This document shows positions 37,194 through 47,062 of a stretch of 64,000 nt of DNA, one piece after another. The first letter of the stretch is position 1. Every line of letters starts with the position of its first letter. The notes beneath the pieces were generated by a model. The model saw only the letters and a program-made list of their open reading frames with translations. It did no database searches and was not told the origin of the DNA. Where the stretch lies: contig CAVTMK010000004.1 in assembly GCA_963735805.1 (NCBI GenBank), forward strand, positions 480,001-544,000, given 5' to 3'. A program made the translations under genes and the position numbers. This stretch comes from an uncultured Verrucomicrobiae bacterium. GTDB lineage: Bacteria > Verrucomicrobiota > Verrucomicrobiia > Chthoniobacterales > UBA10450.

Positions 37194-37335
37194 CCTGATC
37201 GTCGGTCCGAACGCTTGGGCTCCGGCTTAGGAAAGGGCTGAGCGAATCAATGGTAGGTTTTCCCTGCCCAAGGGTATCCCGGCGGCTGCTTCTTTGTAAT
37301 ACCTTTTCGTTTGGCTCGTTGCGTAAACTTTAAGC

Positions 37336-37376
37336 TTGCGTATTAAAGATCGCGACGTATAAAGTCCCGCTCTTTA
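37336..37376 (+). promoter_or_regulatory. Candidate promoter overlapped by an inverted-repeat operator
   Basis: TTGCGT, 16-nt spacer, TATAAA. Inverted repeat taaagatcgcgac / gtcccgctcttta (11/13 complementary) flanks the -10. Confidence 0.5.
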
Positions 37377-37412
37377 GTTTTTTCGCTATTCAATTGTCAC
37401 TTTTGTCATTCT

Positions 37413-38054
37413 ATGAACCAACGCCTGATCTCGGAAATTGGCCGCACTCAGCGACTTGAAATCATTAACTCCCTGAAGCGCACGCGGGGGATGTCCGTAA
37501 ACGAACTGGTGGAAAAAATGAGGATGAGCTACATGGGCATCAAGCAGCATTGTCTCACTCTCCAGCGTGACGGTTATTTGGATACCTGGCGCCGCCCCCA
37601 AAGGATGGGTCGCCCCGAAATGGTTTACCGGTTAACGCGCCGCAGCCATGATCTTTTTCAGGCCGACAGCCATCAGCTTACTCTCGATCTGTTAAAAGCG
37701 GCGCAGGAAATCTACGGACCAAACGCTCCGGAGAAGCTTCTTTACAATATTTTTGAAAAGAAAACTGTCGCGCTCAAGGCCCGAGTCAGGGGAGATACAG
37801 TCGCCGAACGCGCCAAATGGCTGGCCAATGCGCGCGATAGCGAAGGCTACATGTCCCAGTTCGTTAACGATCACCAGGATGGTGGTCCGCGGATCGTTGA
37901 GTGTCACTCGCCGATCCTGAATTTGATGGATCGTTATCCAATCGTAGGCCGGCTCGAACAGGATCTGTTCGAAGCCGTGTTGCGCACGAAAGTCCGCCGG
38001 CAAATGATGCGCAACTCGGGACTATACGAGTGTGCATATCATTTCGCGGCTTAA
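37413..38054 (+). CDS. Winged-HTH transcriptional regulator, SufR-like
   Basis: 'MSVNELVEKMRMSYMGIKQHCLTLQRDG', 'GRPEMVYRLT'; C-terminal 'EGYM...ECHSPI...C.Y'. Confidence 0.8.
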   Translation: MNQRLISEIGRTQRLEIINSLKRTRGMSVNELVEKMRMSYMGIKQHCLTLQRDGYLDTWRRPQRMGRPEMVYRLTRRSHDLFQADSHQLTLDLLKAAQEIYGPNAPEKLLYNIFEKKTVALKARVRGDTVAERAKWLANARDSEGYMSQFVNDHQDGGPRIVECHSPILNLMDRYPIVGRLEQDLFEAVLRTKVRRQMMRNSGLYECAYHFAA

Positions 38055-38209
38055 GATTGTGCCCGTAATAAAGGTTCGCACATAGAGAGCGCGCTGGCTC
38101 GGGTTGCAGGAACGCACCGCAAGATCCTCGCCGATTCCAAGCGCAAGCCCACAATCATGCGATTGATTTGTTCTTTCGCTCTCCATGAATCTCGGTTGAT
38201 TGATGGCCC

Positions 38210-40156
38210 ATGGCTCGGGCTTTTCCTTCTGTTGTCATAGAGAATTTGCAGCCGCTGATCGACGGCGGCCGCTACCCGATCAAGCGCATCACTGGAGAAG
38301 ACTTGGTCGTGGAAGCGGACATTTTCAAGGACGGGCACGACATCGTGGCGGCAAACCTGAAGTGGCGGGTTCTTGGAAAACGCGCATGGCGGGAAACGCC
38401 CATGAACTTCGTCGATAACGATCGCTGGCGCGGCGTCTGCACGCTATATGCCGAGGACATTCACGAATACACTGTCGAAGCATGGACTGATGCTTTTCGA
38501 AGTTGGCAAGCCGAGTTCGCCAAGAAATTTGAAGCCGGCATTTCCGATCTTCGCAGTGAAGCGCTGGAAGGCGCGACGTTGGTAGAGGCTGCCGCCAGAC
38601 GTGCGCGAGATCGAGCTGACCGCAAGCGGTTGCTCGAGTTTTCCCGGCAAATTTCGACCGGTGCTAATTCAGAGGTTCACTCGATTGCACAATCAGGCGA
38701 GTTGGAAGTGCTGATGGCGACGCATCCCGATCGTGCCGCTGCAACGCAGTACGATCCTTCCGCTCGCGTGGTTGTGGATCGCCGGGCGGCATTAGTCGGA
38801 GCGTGGTATGAATTTTTCCCGCGCTCGGCGGAGGGCCGGGGCGATCGCGGATCGACGTTCAGGGATTGTTTGCCCCGGGTGGATGACGCAAAAGAGATGG
38901 GTTTCGACGTCATTTATTTTCCGCCAATTCATCCGATCGGTCACACCAGCCGCAAAGGCAGAAATAACTCGGTTACATGCGACCCGCGTGATCCGGGTGT
39001 TCCATGGGCCATCGGCAGTGAAGCGGGCGGCCATAAGGCTGTGGAGCCTTCACTCGGGACGCTCAAAGATTTCGATTGGCTTCAAAAAGAGGTGCGCAAA
39101 CGCGGGATGGAAATCGCCCTGGACTTCGCAATCAATTGCTCACCCGATCATCCTTACGTCAAGGAGCATCCCGATTGGTTTTACAAACGCCCCGACGGCA
39201 CAATCAAATTTGCAGAGAATCCGCCGAAAAAATACGAAGATATTTACCCGGTAAACTTTCGATGTGAAAACTGGCGTGAGCTCTGGGCGGAGATGAAGAG
39301 CATCGTGTTGTTTTGGGCTGAGCACGGAGTGCGTATCTTTAGAGTCGACAATCCGCACACCAAGCCAGTTGCTTTCTGGGAATATTTGATACGAGGCGTC
39401 CGCGAGAAATATCCAGATACAATTTTTCTCGCCGAAGCGTTTACCAGGCCAAAGATGATGAAAGCGCTGGCGAAAGCCGGCTTTAACCAGAGCTACACCT
39501 ATTTTACATGGCGAAATTCAAAGCGCGAACTTATCGAATATTTCACGGAACTGACCCAAACAGAGATGAACGAATATTTTCGTCCCAATCTTTGGCCCAA
39601 TACACCTGACATCCTGCCCTTTGTCCTTCAGGAGGGCGGCCGGCCGGCATTCATGATTCGCGTAGCTCTGGCCGCGACGCTTTCACCTCTGTACGGCATC
39701 TATAGCGGATATGAGCTATGCGAGGATGCACCATTACCAGGGCGCGAGGAATATCTGGATTCGGAAAAATACCAATACAAGGAGCGCGATTGGAATGCGC
39801 CGGGAAACATCAAGGATTGGATCGGGCGACTGAACAAAATCCGAAGGGAAAACCGCGCGCTACAGCTTTACACAAATTTGCGGTTCCATGACGCTGACAA
39901 CGAAGCCATCCTTTTCTACAGCAAGATGACCGCGGCGCGCGATAACATCATTCTCGTGGTTGTGAATCTCGATCCGTATCGCAAGCAAAATTCATTTGTC
40001 TACGTTCCGATTGAGAGTTTCGGACAAATGGAAAGCGACGTGTACCAAGTGCAGGATCTGATGAGTGGGGCGACCTACACCTGGCGCGGTCACCGTAACT
40101 ACGTGGAACTCGATCCGGACATTCAACCGGCGCACGTTCTTCTGGTGCACCGTTGA
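38210..40156 (+). CDS. glgE: Alpha-1,4-glucan:maltose-1-phosphate maltosyltransferase
   Basis: WYEFFPRS, YFPPIHPIG, AENPPKKYEDIYP, FRVDNPHTKP, FLAEAFT, NTPDIL. Confidence 0.96.
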   Translation: MARAFPSVVIENLQPLIDGGRYPIKRITGEDLVVEADIFKDGHDIVAANLKWRVLGKRAWRETPMNFVDNDRWRGVCTLYAEDIHEYTVEAWTDAFRSWQAEFAKKFEAGISDLRSEALEGATLVEAAARRARDRADRKRLLEFSRQISTGANSEVHSIAQSGELEVLMATHPDRAAATQYDPSARVVVDRRAALVGAWYEFFPRSAEGRGDRGSTFRDCLPRVDDAKEMGFDVIYFPPIHPIGHTSRKGRNNSVTCDPRDPGVPWAIGSEAGGHKAVEPSLGTLKDFDWLQKEVRKRGMEIALDFAINCSPDHPYVKEHPDWFYKRPDGTIKFAENPPKKYEDIYPVNFRCENWRELWAEMKSIVLFWAEHGVRIFRVDNPHTKPVAFWEYLIRGVREKYPDTIFLAEAFTRPKMMKALAKAGFNQSYTYFTWRNSKRELIEYFTELTQTEMNEYFRPNLWPNTPDILPFVLQEGGRPAFMIRVALAATLSPLYGIYSGYELCEDAPLPGREEYLDSEKYQYKERDWNAPGNIKDWIGRLNKIRRENRALQLYTNLRFHDADNEAILFYSKMTAARDNIILVVVNLDPYRKQNSFVYVPIESFGQMESDVYQVQDLMSGATYTWRGHRNYVELDPDIQPAHVLLVHR

Positions 40157-40264
40157 GTTTCGGTTTGCTGTGTTTCGCAACTTGAAGAGCCTGCTCGTGT
40201 TTGATCTGTCAATGGCGCATTTGCATCGATTGATCGCCCTGCATATCATTACCAAATTTCTTGC

Positions 40265-41032
40265 ATGAAGATTTGGGCCATGCTGTTTGCCGCGCTGGCG
40301 AGCGCGTCTCCTGTGATTGCACAGGAAGCCACGGCTACTCCGCCTCTGGTTCCCGAGCGCTCGCAGACTATCCTGGAGACACTGTTCAAGGCCGGACCGG
40401 TAATGATTCCGCTCCTGTTGCTGTCGATCTTTTTTGTGATGTTGGTGGTGGTTTATTTGATGACAATCCGCCGCGGCGCGGTGGTTTCGAGCGGTTACAT
40501 GGCAACCGCCGATGCGCTTTTGCGTAAACGCGATTATTTGGGTCTGCTCGCCGTTTCCAATCGGCATGGGGAAGCGATCGCACGGGTCGTACAAAAAATG
40601 CTCGATTTCACGACCAAGAATCCGCAGGCGGATCTGCAGCAGGTTCGCGAAATCGCCGAGACAGAGGGAACGCGCGTCGCGGCGAGCCTGAATAATCGGG
40701 TGATTTACCTCGCGGATATTGGGATGATTGCGCCGCTGCTGGGCCTGCTTGGAACCGTCTTTGGAATTATCCACTCCTTTGGCGCCCTGGGCGCAGACAT
40801 TGGCTCAGCGCGCTACGTGGCGCTGTCGCGCGGAATCAGCGAAGCACTGGTTAACACCGCGGGCGGGCTGGCCATCGGCATTCCGGCAATGGCTTTTTAC
40901 GCGTTCTTTCGCGGAAGAGCGCAAAAGCTGATCTCGGAATTAGAAGCTGCTTCGACCCATGTGTTGGCTTTACTTTCGCTGCAATATGGCAGGTCCCAGC
41001 GGACTCCCGTGCTGATCGAAGAGGAACTGTAA
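40265..41032 (+). CDS. MotA/TolQ/ExbB proton channel protein
   Basis: APLLGLLGTVFGII, GISEALVNTAGGL.IGIP. Confidence 0.92.
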   Translation: MKIWAMLFAALASASPVIAQEATATPPLVPERSQTILETLFKAGPVMIPLLLLSIFFVMLVVVYLMTIRRGAVVSSGYMATADALLRKRDYLGLLAVSNRHGEAIARVVQKMLDFTTKNPQADLQQVREIAETEGTRVAASLNNRVIYLADIGMIAPLLGLLGTVFGIIHSFGALGADIGSARYVALSRGISEALVNTAGGLAIGIPAMAFYAFFRGRAQKLISELEAASTHVLALLSLQYGRSQRTPVLIEEEL

Positions 41033-41048
41033 GAGCTATCTCACTCCA

Positions 41049-41456
41049 ATGAATCTGCGTGGTCACGCACCTATGCATCATCCAGGCATTCAACTGGCGC
41101 CCCTGGTGGATGTGCTGCTGCTTTTATTGATTTTTTTCCTGCTCACATGGAACGCGGCCCGGACTGAAAACGAGCTGGACGTTAAGGTGCCGAAAGCATC
41201 AGCTGCGAAAGAAAAGTCTGCGCCGATTGGCGATGTTATCGTTAACGTAAAGGCCGATGGTAATGTGGTGGTCAATCGTCGCACTTTGAGCAGTGCCGAA
41301 TTAAGCGAATTATTGAAAAGCCTCGTTCAACTGAACTCCGAGCAAGCTGTAGTGATCCGCGGCGACGAAACCGGTGCCTACAAGAACATCGTTGGCGTGT
41401 TGAACATTTGTACCGAGGCAGGAGTAACCACCATAGCTTTCGCCACAGCAAGATGA
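41049..41456 (+). CDS. ExbD/TolR protein
   Basis: LAPLVDVLLLLLIFF, VVIRGD, 'EAGV..IAF'. Confidence 0.92.
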   Translation: MNLRGHAPMHHPGIQLAPLVDVLLLLLIFFLLTWNAARTENELDVKVPKASAAKEKSAPIGDVIVNVKADGNVVVNRRTLSSAELSELLKSLVQLNSEQAVVIRGDETGAYKNIVGVLNICTEAGVTTIAFATAR

Positions 41457-43918
41457 AAACCAGTCGCGGCCTAGCCGGTCTTCTGGGACTGGCGGTGCTG
41501 CTTTGTGCGGCGAGTAGCGCCATTGCTCAATCACAGCCGGAAGTTCGTCGGGCGCGTCCCGTAGACGAACCCCCTGTTCCCCGCGCTCTGCCCGCGGATG
41601 ACTCGGTGGAAAGAGTTCTCCGCTCTCTAAAGGAGGAGTCTTCAGAGCCTTCACAGCATGATGGCGAGGCGGCAGCTCAGCGTCAGCTTGATTACGCGAA
41701 CGGCCTGTTCACTCGCAAGCTTTACGATTTGGCGGCCCCTGAATATCAAAATTATCTCAACGATTATCCTGGCCGGACGGGACGCGCCAACGCTTACTTT
41801 TCACTGGGTGAATGCTATCGAAATCTCGGTCGCGCTTCAAGCGCTCGCACAAATCTCCAGAAAGTAATCAATGATTACGCCGACAGCGAATTTGCCGGAC
41901 CAGCGGCATATGCACTCGCCGAGATGGCCTTTGCGGACAAAGACTACGCCGCCGCGCTGCCCCTCTTTCACCGTTCTGCCGGGAAATCAAAAGAAGCTGC
42001 CGTCGCGCTTTCTGCACATTATTTCGAAGCGCGCTGTCTTGAAGCTGTCGGTCGCAAGGAGGAAGCGGCGAATATCTATTCGGAAGTTGCTGAGGCCGCG
42101 AATCCGAACCCCTTCCGCGAGGACGCACGAATCTCAGCAGCATCCATTTTCGCAGGTCGGGGAAGAAAAGCCGATGCACTGAAGCAGTACGAAGCGCTTG
42201 CCAATGAAGCCCAGAAGCCGGCGTTAAAAGCCGAGTCGGCGGTGCGCGGCGGTATGATTGCACTCGACCTTGTCCAGGCTGATAAGGGAAAGATCGACAA
42301 GGCCATGGCTGACAGAGCTGAGGCTTTGTTGCGGAAAGGCCGCGCTCTTCCTGATTCTGGAAAGTTCCGGGCGATCGCGCAGGTTGGTCTGCGAAAATTG
42401 CAATATCAGACCGGCCAATACGCACAGTTGGTCGCCGAGTACAGGAAGGAACAGCAGAACCTTCCGGAAGCCGCCCAGGCCGAGGTATTGTTAATGGCAG
42501 CAAACAGCGAGCGGCAACTTGGTCATCCGAAGGAAGCTGAAGCGTTATACCGCCAGATCATTGCGAAGTATCCGGATCGAGAGGAAGCAAAAGATGCTTC
42601 CTATCAGCGACTAATCAACGTCTACAACTCCGATCCGTCGACGCTCATTCCAGCGGTGGACGAATTTCTCGCAACAAATCCGACCAGCGAACGTGCTGAT
42701 CAGGCGAAACTTTTAAAAGCCGAAGCCTTCTATAAACAGCAGAATTGCGGCGAAGCAGTGCCAATTTATGAGGAACTCCGCGCTTCTCAGCTTTCTGCGA
42801 AGTTGCGCGCGGAAGCTGCGTACAAACTGGGCTTATGCCAGACGCAGGCAAAAAACACTGCCGGTGTCATCGAAGCATTTACGTATTACGTGCAAACGTT
42901 TCCAGAAGACCCGCAGGTGCCTGCCGCTCTGGCTCAACGGGCTTTGGCTTACGAACAGGACAAGAACTACACCGCGGCGGTTGCGGATCTAAACGCGATC
43001 CTAAACAAGTATCCCAAGGCTCACGAACGGGAGGCCGCTCTCCAGTTAAAGGCGTTGATCCTCGGACAACAGGAAAATGTCAAGAGCATGGTGGAAACCT
43101 TTCGCCAGCTTTTGAGAGAATTCCCCAAGAGTTCAGTTGCAGCACAGGCGCAATACTACATCGGCAAGGCTGCGTTTGAGTCAAAGGATTACAAGGGTGC
43201 GTTGAGCGCACTCAATTCAGCCCGGCAGCTAAACAAGGAGGAATATTACAACCTTGCGTCGCTCCGGATCATGCTCTGTCAGTTTTACTTGAAAGATCGA
43301 ACGGCCCTCACAAAAGAAGTGAACGATTTCATGGCTAACAGCCCGAACATGAATGTGCCACCAGAAGTTTTGGAATGGCTCGGAATCGGATATTACAACG
43401 AGAAAAACTTCCAGGCCGCGGAAAAATACCTGAGCGCTCTCCGCAAAATCGATAACCCTGGCAGCGTTAAACCCGATTTCTTGTTTTATCTCGGAGACAC
43501 CGCTACCAAGCTGAAGAACCTGCCAGAAGCGGAGGACGCGTTCGCTAAGTATCTGCAAACAGCGAAAGATCCGGCGGGAAAGGCGAAGGTGTTACTTGCA
43601 CTCGGCGCGGTGAAGATCAACGCTCATAAACCGGACGAAGCTCAGAAAATTGCTGAAGAGATCATGTCGCTGCAACCGGAGGGACGTGTAAATGCGGAAG
43701 CGCGTTTACTGGCAGGCGAAGTCCAACTGGAGCGCGGTAATTTCGACGACGCCGGCAAGGCCTTTAAAGGAGTCGCCTTACTCTATGATGATCCAGCCAT
43801 AACGCCGCGGGCGCTGGACAAGGCAGCGCTGGCGTACCGGCAAGCGGGCAACGCGGAGGAAGCAGCTCGCCTGTCCCACGAACTGCACGAACGATATCCG
43901 AATTACGCCGGCGGATAA
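41453..43918 (+). CDS. Large exported tetratricopeptide-repeat protein
   Basis: Signal peptide (ATG 41453 overlaps the exbD stop). Many TPR helices with YP/FP turns. Confidence 0.85.
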   Translation: MKTSRGLAGLLGLAVLLCAASSAIAQSQPEVRRARPVDEPPVPRALPADDSVERVLRSLKEESSEPSQHDGEAAAQRQLDYANGLFTRKLYDLAAPEYQNYLNDYPGRTGRANAYFSLGECYRNLGRASSARTNLQKVINDYADSEFAGPAAYALAEMAFADKDYAAALPLFHRSAGKSKEAAVALSAHYFEARCLEAVGRKEEAANIYSEVAEAANPNPFREDARISAASIFAGRGRKADALKQYEALANEAQKPALKAESAVRGGMIALDLVQADKGKIDKAMADRAEALLRKGRALPDSGKFRAIAQVGLRKLQYQTGQYAQLVAEYRKEQQNLPEAAQAEVLLMAANSERQLGHPKEAEALYRQIIAKYPDREEAKDASYQRLINVYNSDPSTLIPAVDEFLATNPTSERADQAKLLKAEAFYKQQNCGEAVPIYEELRASQLSAKLRAEAAYKLGLCQTQAKNTAGVIEAFTYYVQTFPEDPQVPAALAQRALAYEQDKNYTAAVADLNAILNKYPKAHEREAALQLKALILGQQENVKSMVETFRQLLREFPKSSVAAQAQYYIGKAAFESKDYKGALSALNSARQLNKEEYYNLASLRIMLCQFYLKDRTALTKEVNDFMANSPNMNVPPEVLEWLGIGYYNEKNFQAAEKYLSALRKIDNPGSVKPDFLFYLGDTATKLKNLPEAEDAFAKYLQTAKDPAGKAKVLLALGAVKINAHKPDEAQKIAEEIMSLQPEGRVNAEARLLAGEVQLERGNFDDAGKAFKGVALLYDDPAITPRALDKAALAYRQAGNAEEAARLSHELHERYPNYAGG

Positions 43919-43954
43919 ACCATCAAGGAGAGATGCACTCCCGGTTATCGCACC

Positions 43955-44974
43955 TTATTTGGAAACAGTCGTGATACCCCAGGGACCGTCGCCGACTTTG
44001 ATCCGTCGCAGTTCTTTACGCGATTTTACATCAACAACCGAGACATCGTTCGATGCCCCGTTCGCCGTATATAGTTTTGATCCTGTGGGGTCCAGCGCGA
44101 TTCCCCAGGCGCGATTTCCCACGGGAATTGTTGTCGCGACTGCGTTTTTCGCAGTATCGATAATCACAACGGCATTCCCGCGGCCTGTTGACACATAAAG
44201 CTCTTTTCCATCCTTGGCCATTACAGTACCCATCGGCAGTGAGCCTGTTGGCAATTGGATTTTTGACAGCAATTTATGCGACGCCGCATCTAGAACGGCA
44301 ACGTAGCCACCGTTCTCGCAGGCGACGTATGCGCGCGAGCCATCCGGTAGAAATACAATCGATCGCGGTCGCCCGCCTGTCTCGATCTTTGCGACTACGC
44401 GCTGTTGGTCGGGATCGATCGCGAATACTTCGCCTTTCTCTTCGCAGGTGACGTAGACTTCGCCATTCTGCGGATTGACACCGACGCCTTCTGGTTCTTC
44501 TGAGACCTTCACTTTTCCGCGAGACTGCCCGGAGTCGAGATCGACAATCAAAGCGCTCGCGTCGTCTTCATTTGCGATAAAAGCAAACTTCCCATCCTTG
44601 CTTATCGCGAATTGCTCGGGATCCGATCCGACATGCCACCGATCAATTAACCTGTGCTCCACCGGATCGATCACACCAAGGCCATCGGCACTTTTGTCCG
44701 CCGGCGCGCGATTTTCATCCAGGCCCGGGGCCATTCGCGGCGAACCGCTTAATGTTACAAAGAGTCGCTTGCCGTCTGGCGCTGTGTGAATCCCGCGGGG
44801 TCTTTTGCCTGCTTTAAAAGTCGTGACGAGGGCGTCCGTTGTGCCATCTATCACGCTGATATCACCCGATCGCTCGTTGCTGACATAAACGAAATAGCCA
44901 GGCGATTCAGCCCAAACAAAAGACGTGGCCAGGGCAAGAAAGACGATCGGGATTACACAACAGCGAAATCTCAT
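43955..44974 (-). CDS. Exported YVTN-type beta-propeller protein
   Basis: Repeated 'YVSNE..ISVID...T..VG.RP.GI' blades. Signal peptide from ATG 44974. Confidence 0.88.
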   Translation of the reverse strand: MRFRCCVIPIVFLALATSFVWAESPGYFVYVSNERSGDISVIDGTTDALVTTFKAGKRPRGIHTAPDGKRLFVTLSGSPRMAPGLDENRAPADKSADGLGVIDPVEHRLIDRWHVGSDPEQFAISKDGKFAFIANEDDASALIVDLDSGQSRGKVKVSEEPEGVGVNPQNGEVYVTCEEKGEVFAIDPDQQRVVAKIETGGRPRSIVFLPDGSRAYVACENGGYVAVLDAASHKLLSKIQLPTGSLPMGTVMAKDGKELYVSTGRGNAVVIIDTAKNAVATTIPVGNRAWGIALDPTGSKLYTANGASNDVSVVDVKSRKELRRIKVGDGPWGITTVSK

Positions 44975-45010
44975 TTCACAACTAAACCGCGCTCGTTTGA
45001 GCGAGCAAAT

Positions 45011-45052
45011 TGAACATTGAACGTTGGACGTTCGGCGTTGAACGTTGGAGGT
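45011..45052 (+). repeat. Heptamer tandem repeat (6 units)
   Basis: tgaacat-tgaacgt-tggacgt-tcggcgt-tgaacgt-tggaggt in a divergent intergenic region. Confidence 0.75.
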
Positions 45053-45059
45053 TGCTTCT

Positions 45060-46130
45060 GTGATCCCGCACGACAAGCTTTTCATTCCCGGCCCGGTTGA
45101 AGTATCGGAGAAAACCTGGGCTGCGTTTTCGCGTCCGATGATTGGGCATCGCGGCGAAGATTTTAAGAATCTTTATCGCGCGATTCACCCGGGCCTCCAG
45201 ACTCTCTTCGGTACAAGGCAGGCAGTTTTCCTTTCCACGTCTTCGGCATGGGGCGTAATGGAGGCGTCGGTCCGGAACCTGGTCGATCGCGGCGTCCTCT
45301 GCTGTATGTGCGGCGCGTTTTCGGACAAATGGTTCGATGTTGCAAAACGCTGCGGAAAAAACGTTGAACCGCTGCAGGTCGATTGGGGAAAACATATTGA
45401 TCAGAGGGCGATCGATAGGCAATTGGCGACGGGAAGATTCGACACCGTCACCCTCGTCCACAACGAGACTTCAACGGGTGTGATGAACCCTCTTGCGGAA
45501 ATCTGCTGCACGCTCGTCAAGTATCCCGATGTAGCGCTTGTCCTCGATACGGTCTCCTCATTCTCGGGCGTCAAGATCGACATGGACGCGCTTGGCATAG
45601 ACGTCATGCTTACCGGCGCGCAAAAAGCTCTGGCGTTGCCGCCAGGCTTTTCGTTGTTCTCGGTTTCGGAGAAAGCATTCGCACGCGCAGAAAAAATCCC
45701 GAACCGCGGCTTTTACTTTGATTTTCTCGAGTTCAAGAAGCAACAAGCAGAATGGATGACGCCGAGCACGCCCAGTATTGGCCACATGCACGCGCTGGAA
45801 TCGAAGCTTGAGGAAATTTTAGAGGAAGGCCTCGATGCGCGCTTCGCTCGACACGAGCGCACAAACGCGCTCGTGCACGAGTGGGTTCGTGGGGCTGGGT
45901 TCGAATTCTTTGCAGAGGAGGGATTTCGCTCGAAAACGCTTACCTGCGTGAAAAACAAAAGAGGGATAGACGTTCTGGACCTGGCGAGAAAGCTTCGCGA
46001 AAAACATCATCTGGTGATCGATCCTGGCTATGGCAAAATTCGAGGCAAAACCTTTCGTCTTTCCAACATGGGCGACGAAACCGAAGAAACGGTAGCGCAT
46101 CTGCTCACCTGTCTCGATGATGTTCTGTAG
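45060..46130 (+). CDS. Class V PLP aminotransferase (alanine-glyoxylate/serine-pyruvate type)
   Basis: LFIPGPV, MIGHR, VHNETSTGV, DTVSS, GAQKALALPPG. Confidence 0.92.
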   Translation: MIPHDKLFIPGPVEVSEKTWAAFSRPMIGHRGEDFKNLYRAIHPGLQTLFGTRQAVFLSTSSAWGVMEASVRNLVDRGVLCCMCGAFSDKWFDVAKRCGKNVEPLQVDWGKHIDQRAIDRQLATGRFDTVTLVHNETSTGVMNPLAEICCTLVKYPDVALVLDTVSSFSGVKIDMDALGIDVMLTGAQKALALPPGFSLFSVSEKAFARAEKIPNRGFYFDFLEFKKQQAEWMTPSTPSIGHMHALESKLEEILEEGLDARFARHERTNALVHEWVRGAGFEFFAEEGFRSKTLTCVKNKRGIDVLDLARKLREKHHLVIDPGYGKIRGKTFRLSNMGDETEETVAHLLTCLDDVL

Positions 46131-46212
46131 TTAGTGAGGTGTTTGATCAGCGCGCCGCTTAGAAAGTACACGCCACTCTCAAGGACAATTTCCGTTCGTC
46201 ATAACCGTCGAT

Positions 46213-46965
46213 ATGCACAAGTTATCGAGTATGAATGTTTGGGCCCTGATTCTGGCTTTTCCCATAACACTGTTTCTCTTTAGTCCGCAACCGGCAATCT
46301 GCGGAGATACCGTCGCGATAACGAAGGAGGAACTTGTTAGCCGCACTCAGGAACTTTTCGACGCGGTAGTTCCAGGCAATAAGGAGCCGTGGGAAAAATA
46401 TTTCGCCGACGACTGTATTTTCGCGGATGAAAAAGGGCGCAATTTTAACAAGACGCAGCTAATTGCCGATATTACGCCGTTACCGAAAGATTATTCAGGA
46501 ACAATCAAGGTCGCGAAGCCCCAAACTGTTATTCACGGTGATACCGCCATTTTGAGTTACGATCTCGACGAAATCGAAACCATCTTTGGCCAGAAACTGA
46601 CAGCTCGTTATCACGTAACTGACACGTGGCTAAGGCGGAATGGCCTTTGGCAAATCGCCTCCAGTCAGGCTATGCGTTACTATGAAGATCCGGCTGTTGC
46701 CAGGATCGATCCGAAAAAATTCGCCGATTTCAGCGGTACCTACGAACTGGCACCCGGCCAAATGAGACGAGTGTTTGCCGAAGACGAAAATTTGTATGTC
46801 GAACGCAACGGAAAGCGCGAACAACTTTTGCCTGAAGGATGCGAGATTTTTTTCCGGAAAGGGGTCGAAGGCCGTATCTTGTTTCGCTTCGCGGATAATG
46901 GGAAAGTGGATGCCCTCATCGATCGCCGAAACAACGAAGACGTCGTCTGGCGCAGGATGGATTGA
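46213..46965 (+). CDS. Exported NTF2-like/DUF4440 protein with C-terminal beta domain
   Basis: Signal peptide; 'GDTAIL', 'TDTWLRRNGLWQI', then 'DFSGTYELAPG'. Confidence 0.75.
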   Translation: MHKLSSMNVWALILAFPITLFLFSPQPAICGDTVAITKEELVSRTQELFDAVVPGNKEPWEKYFADDCIFADEKGRNFNKTQLIADITPLPKDYSGTIKVAKPQTVIHGDTAILSYDLDEIETIFGQKLTARYHVTDTWLRRNGLWQIASSQAMRYYEDPAVARIDPKKFADFSGTYELAPGQMRRVFAEDENLYVERNGKREQLLPEGCEIFFRKGVEGRILFRFADNGKVDALIDRRNNEDVVWRRMD

Positions 46966-47062
46966 GTTTCAGGACATAACAGAAAACGTTCGGCTGCGCG
47001 TCATTTTTCTTCGGCCAAATCGCAGGTAATTTCTAGTTTGGCATCATTTATTCCCACCGCGT

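Noticed and set aside
37194..37330. Riboswitch or ncRNA downstream of kamA
   Set aside because: Some pairing potential, but no motif of a known family that I can recognise.
45011..45052. Possible CRISPR array
   Set aside because: The units are 7 nt with no spacers and there are no cas genes. No CRISPR-like repeat-spacer structure was seen anywhere in the window.
44975..45085. Extended N-terminus of the beta-propeller ORF (SNVQRRTSNVQ)
   Set aside because: It is a translation of the heptamer repeat; the signal peptide starts at ATG 44974.
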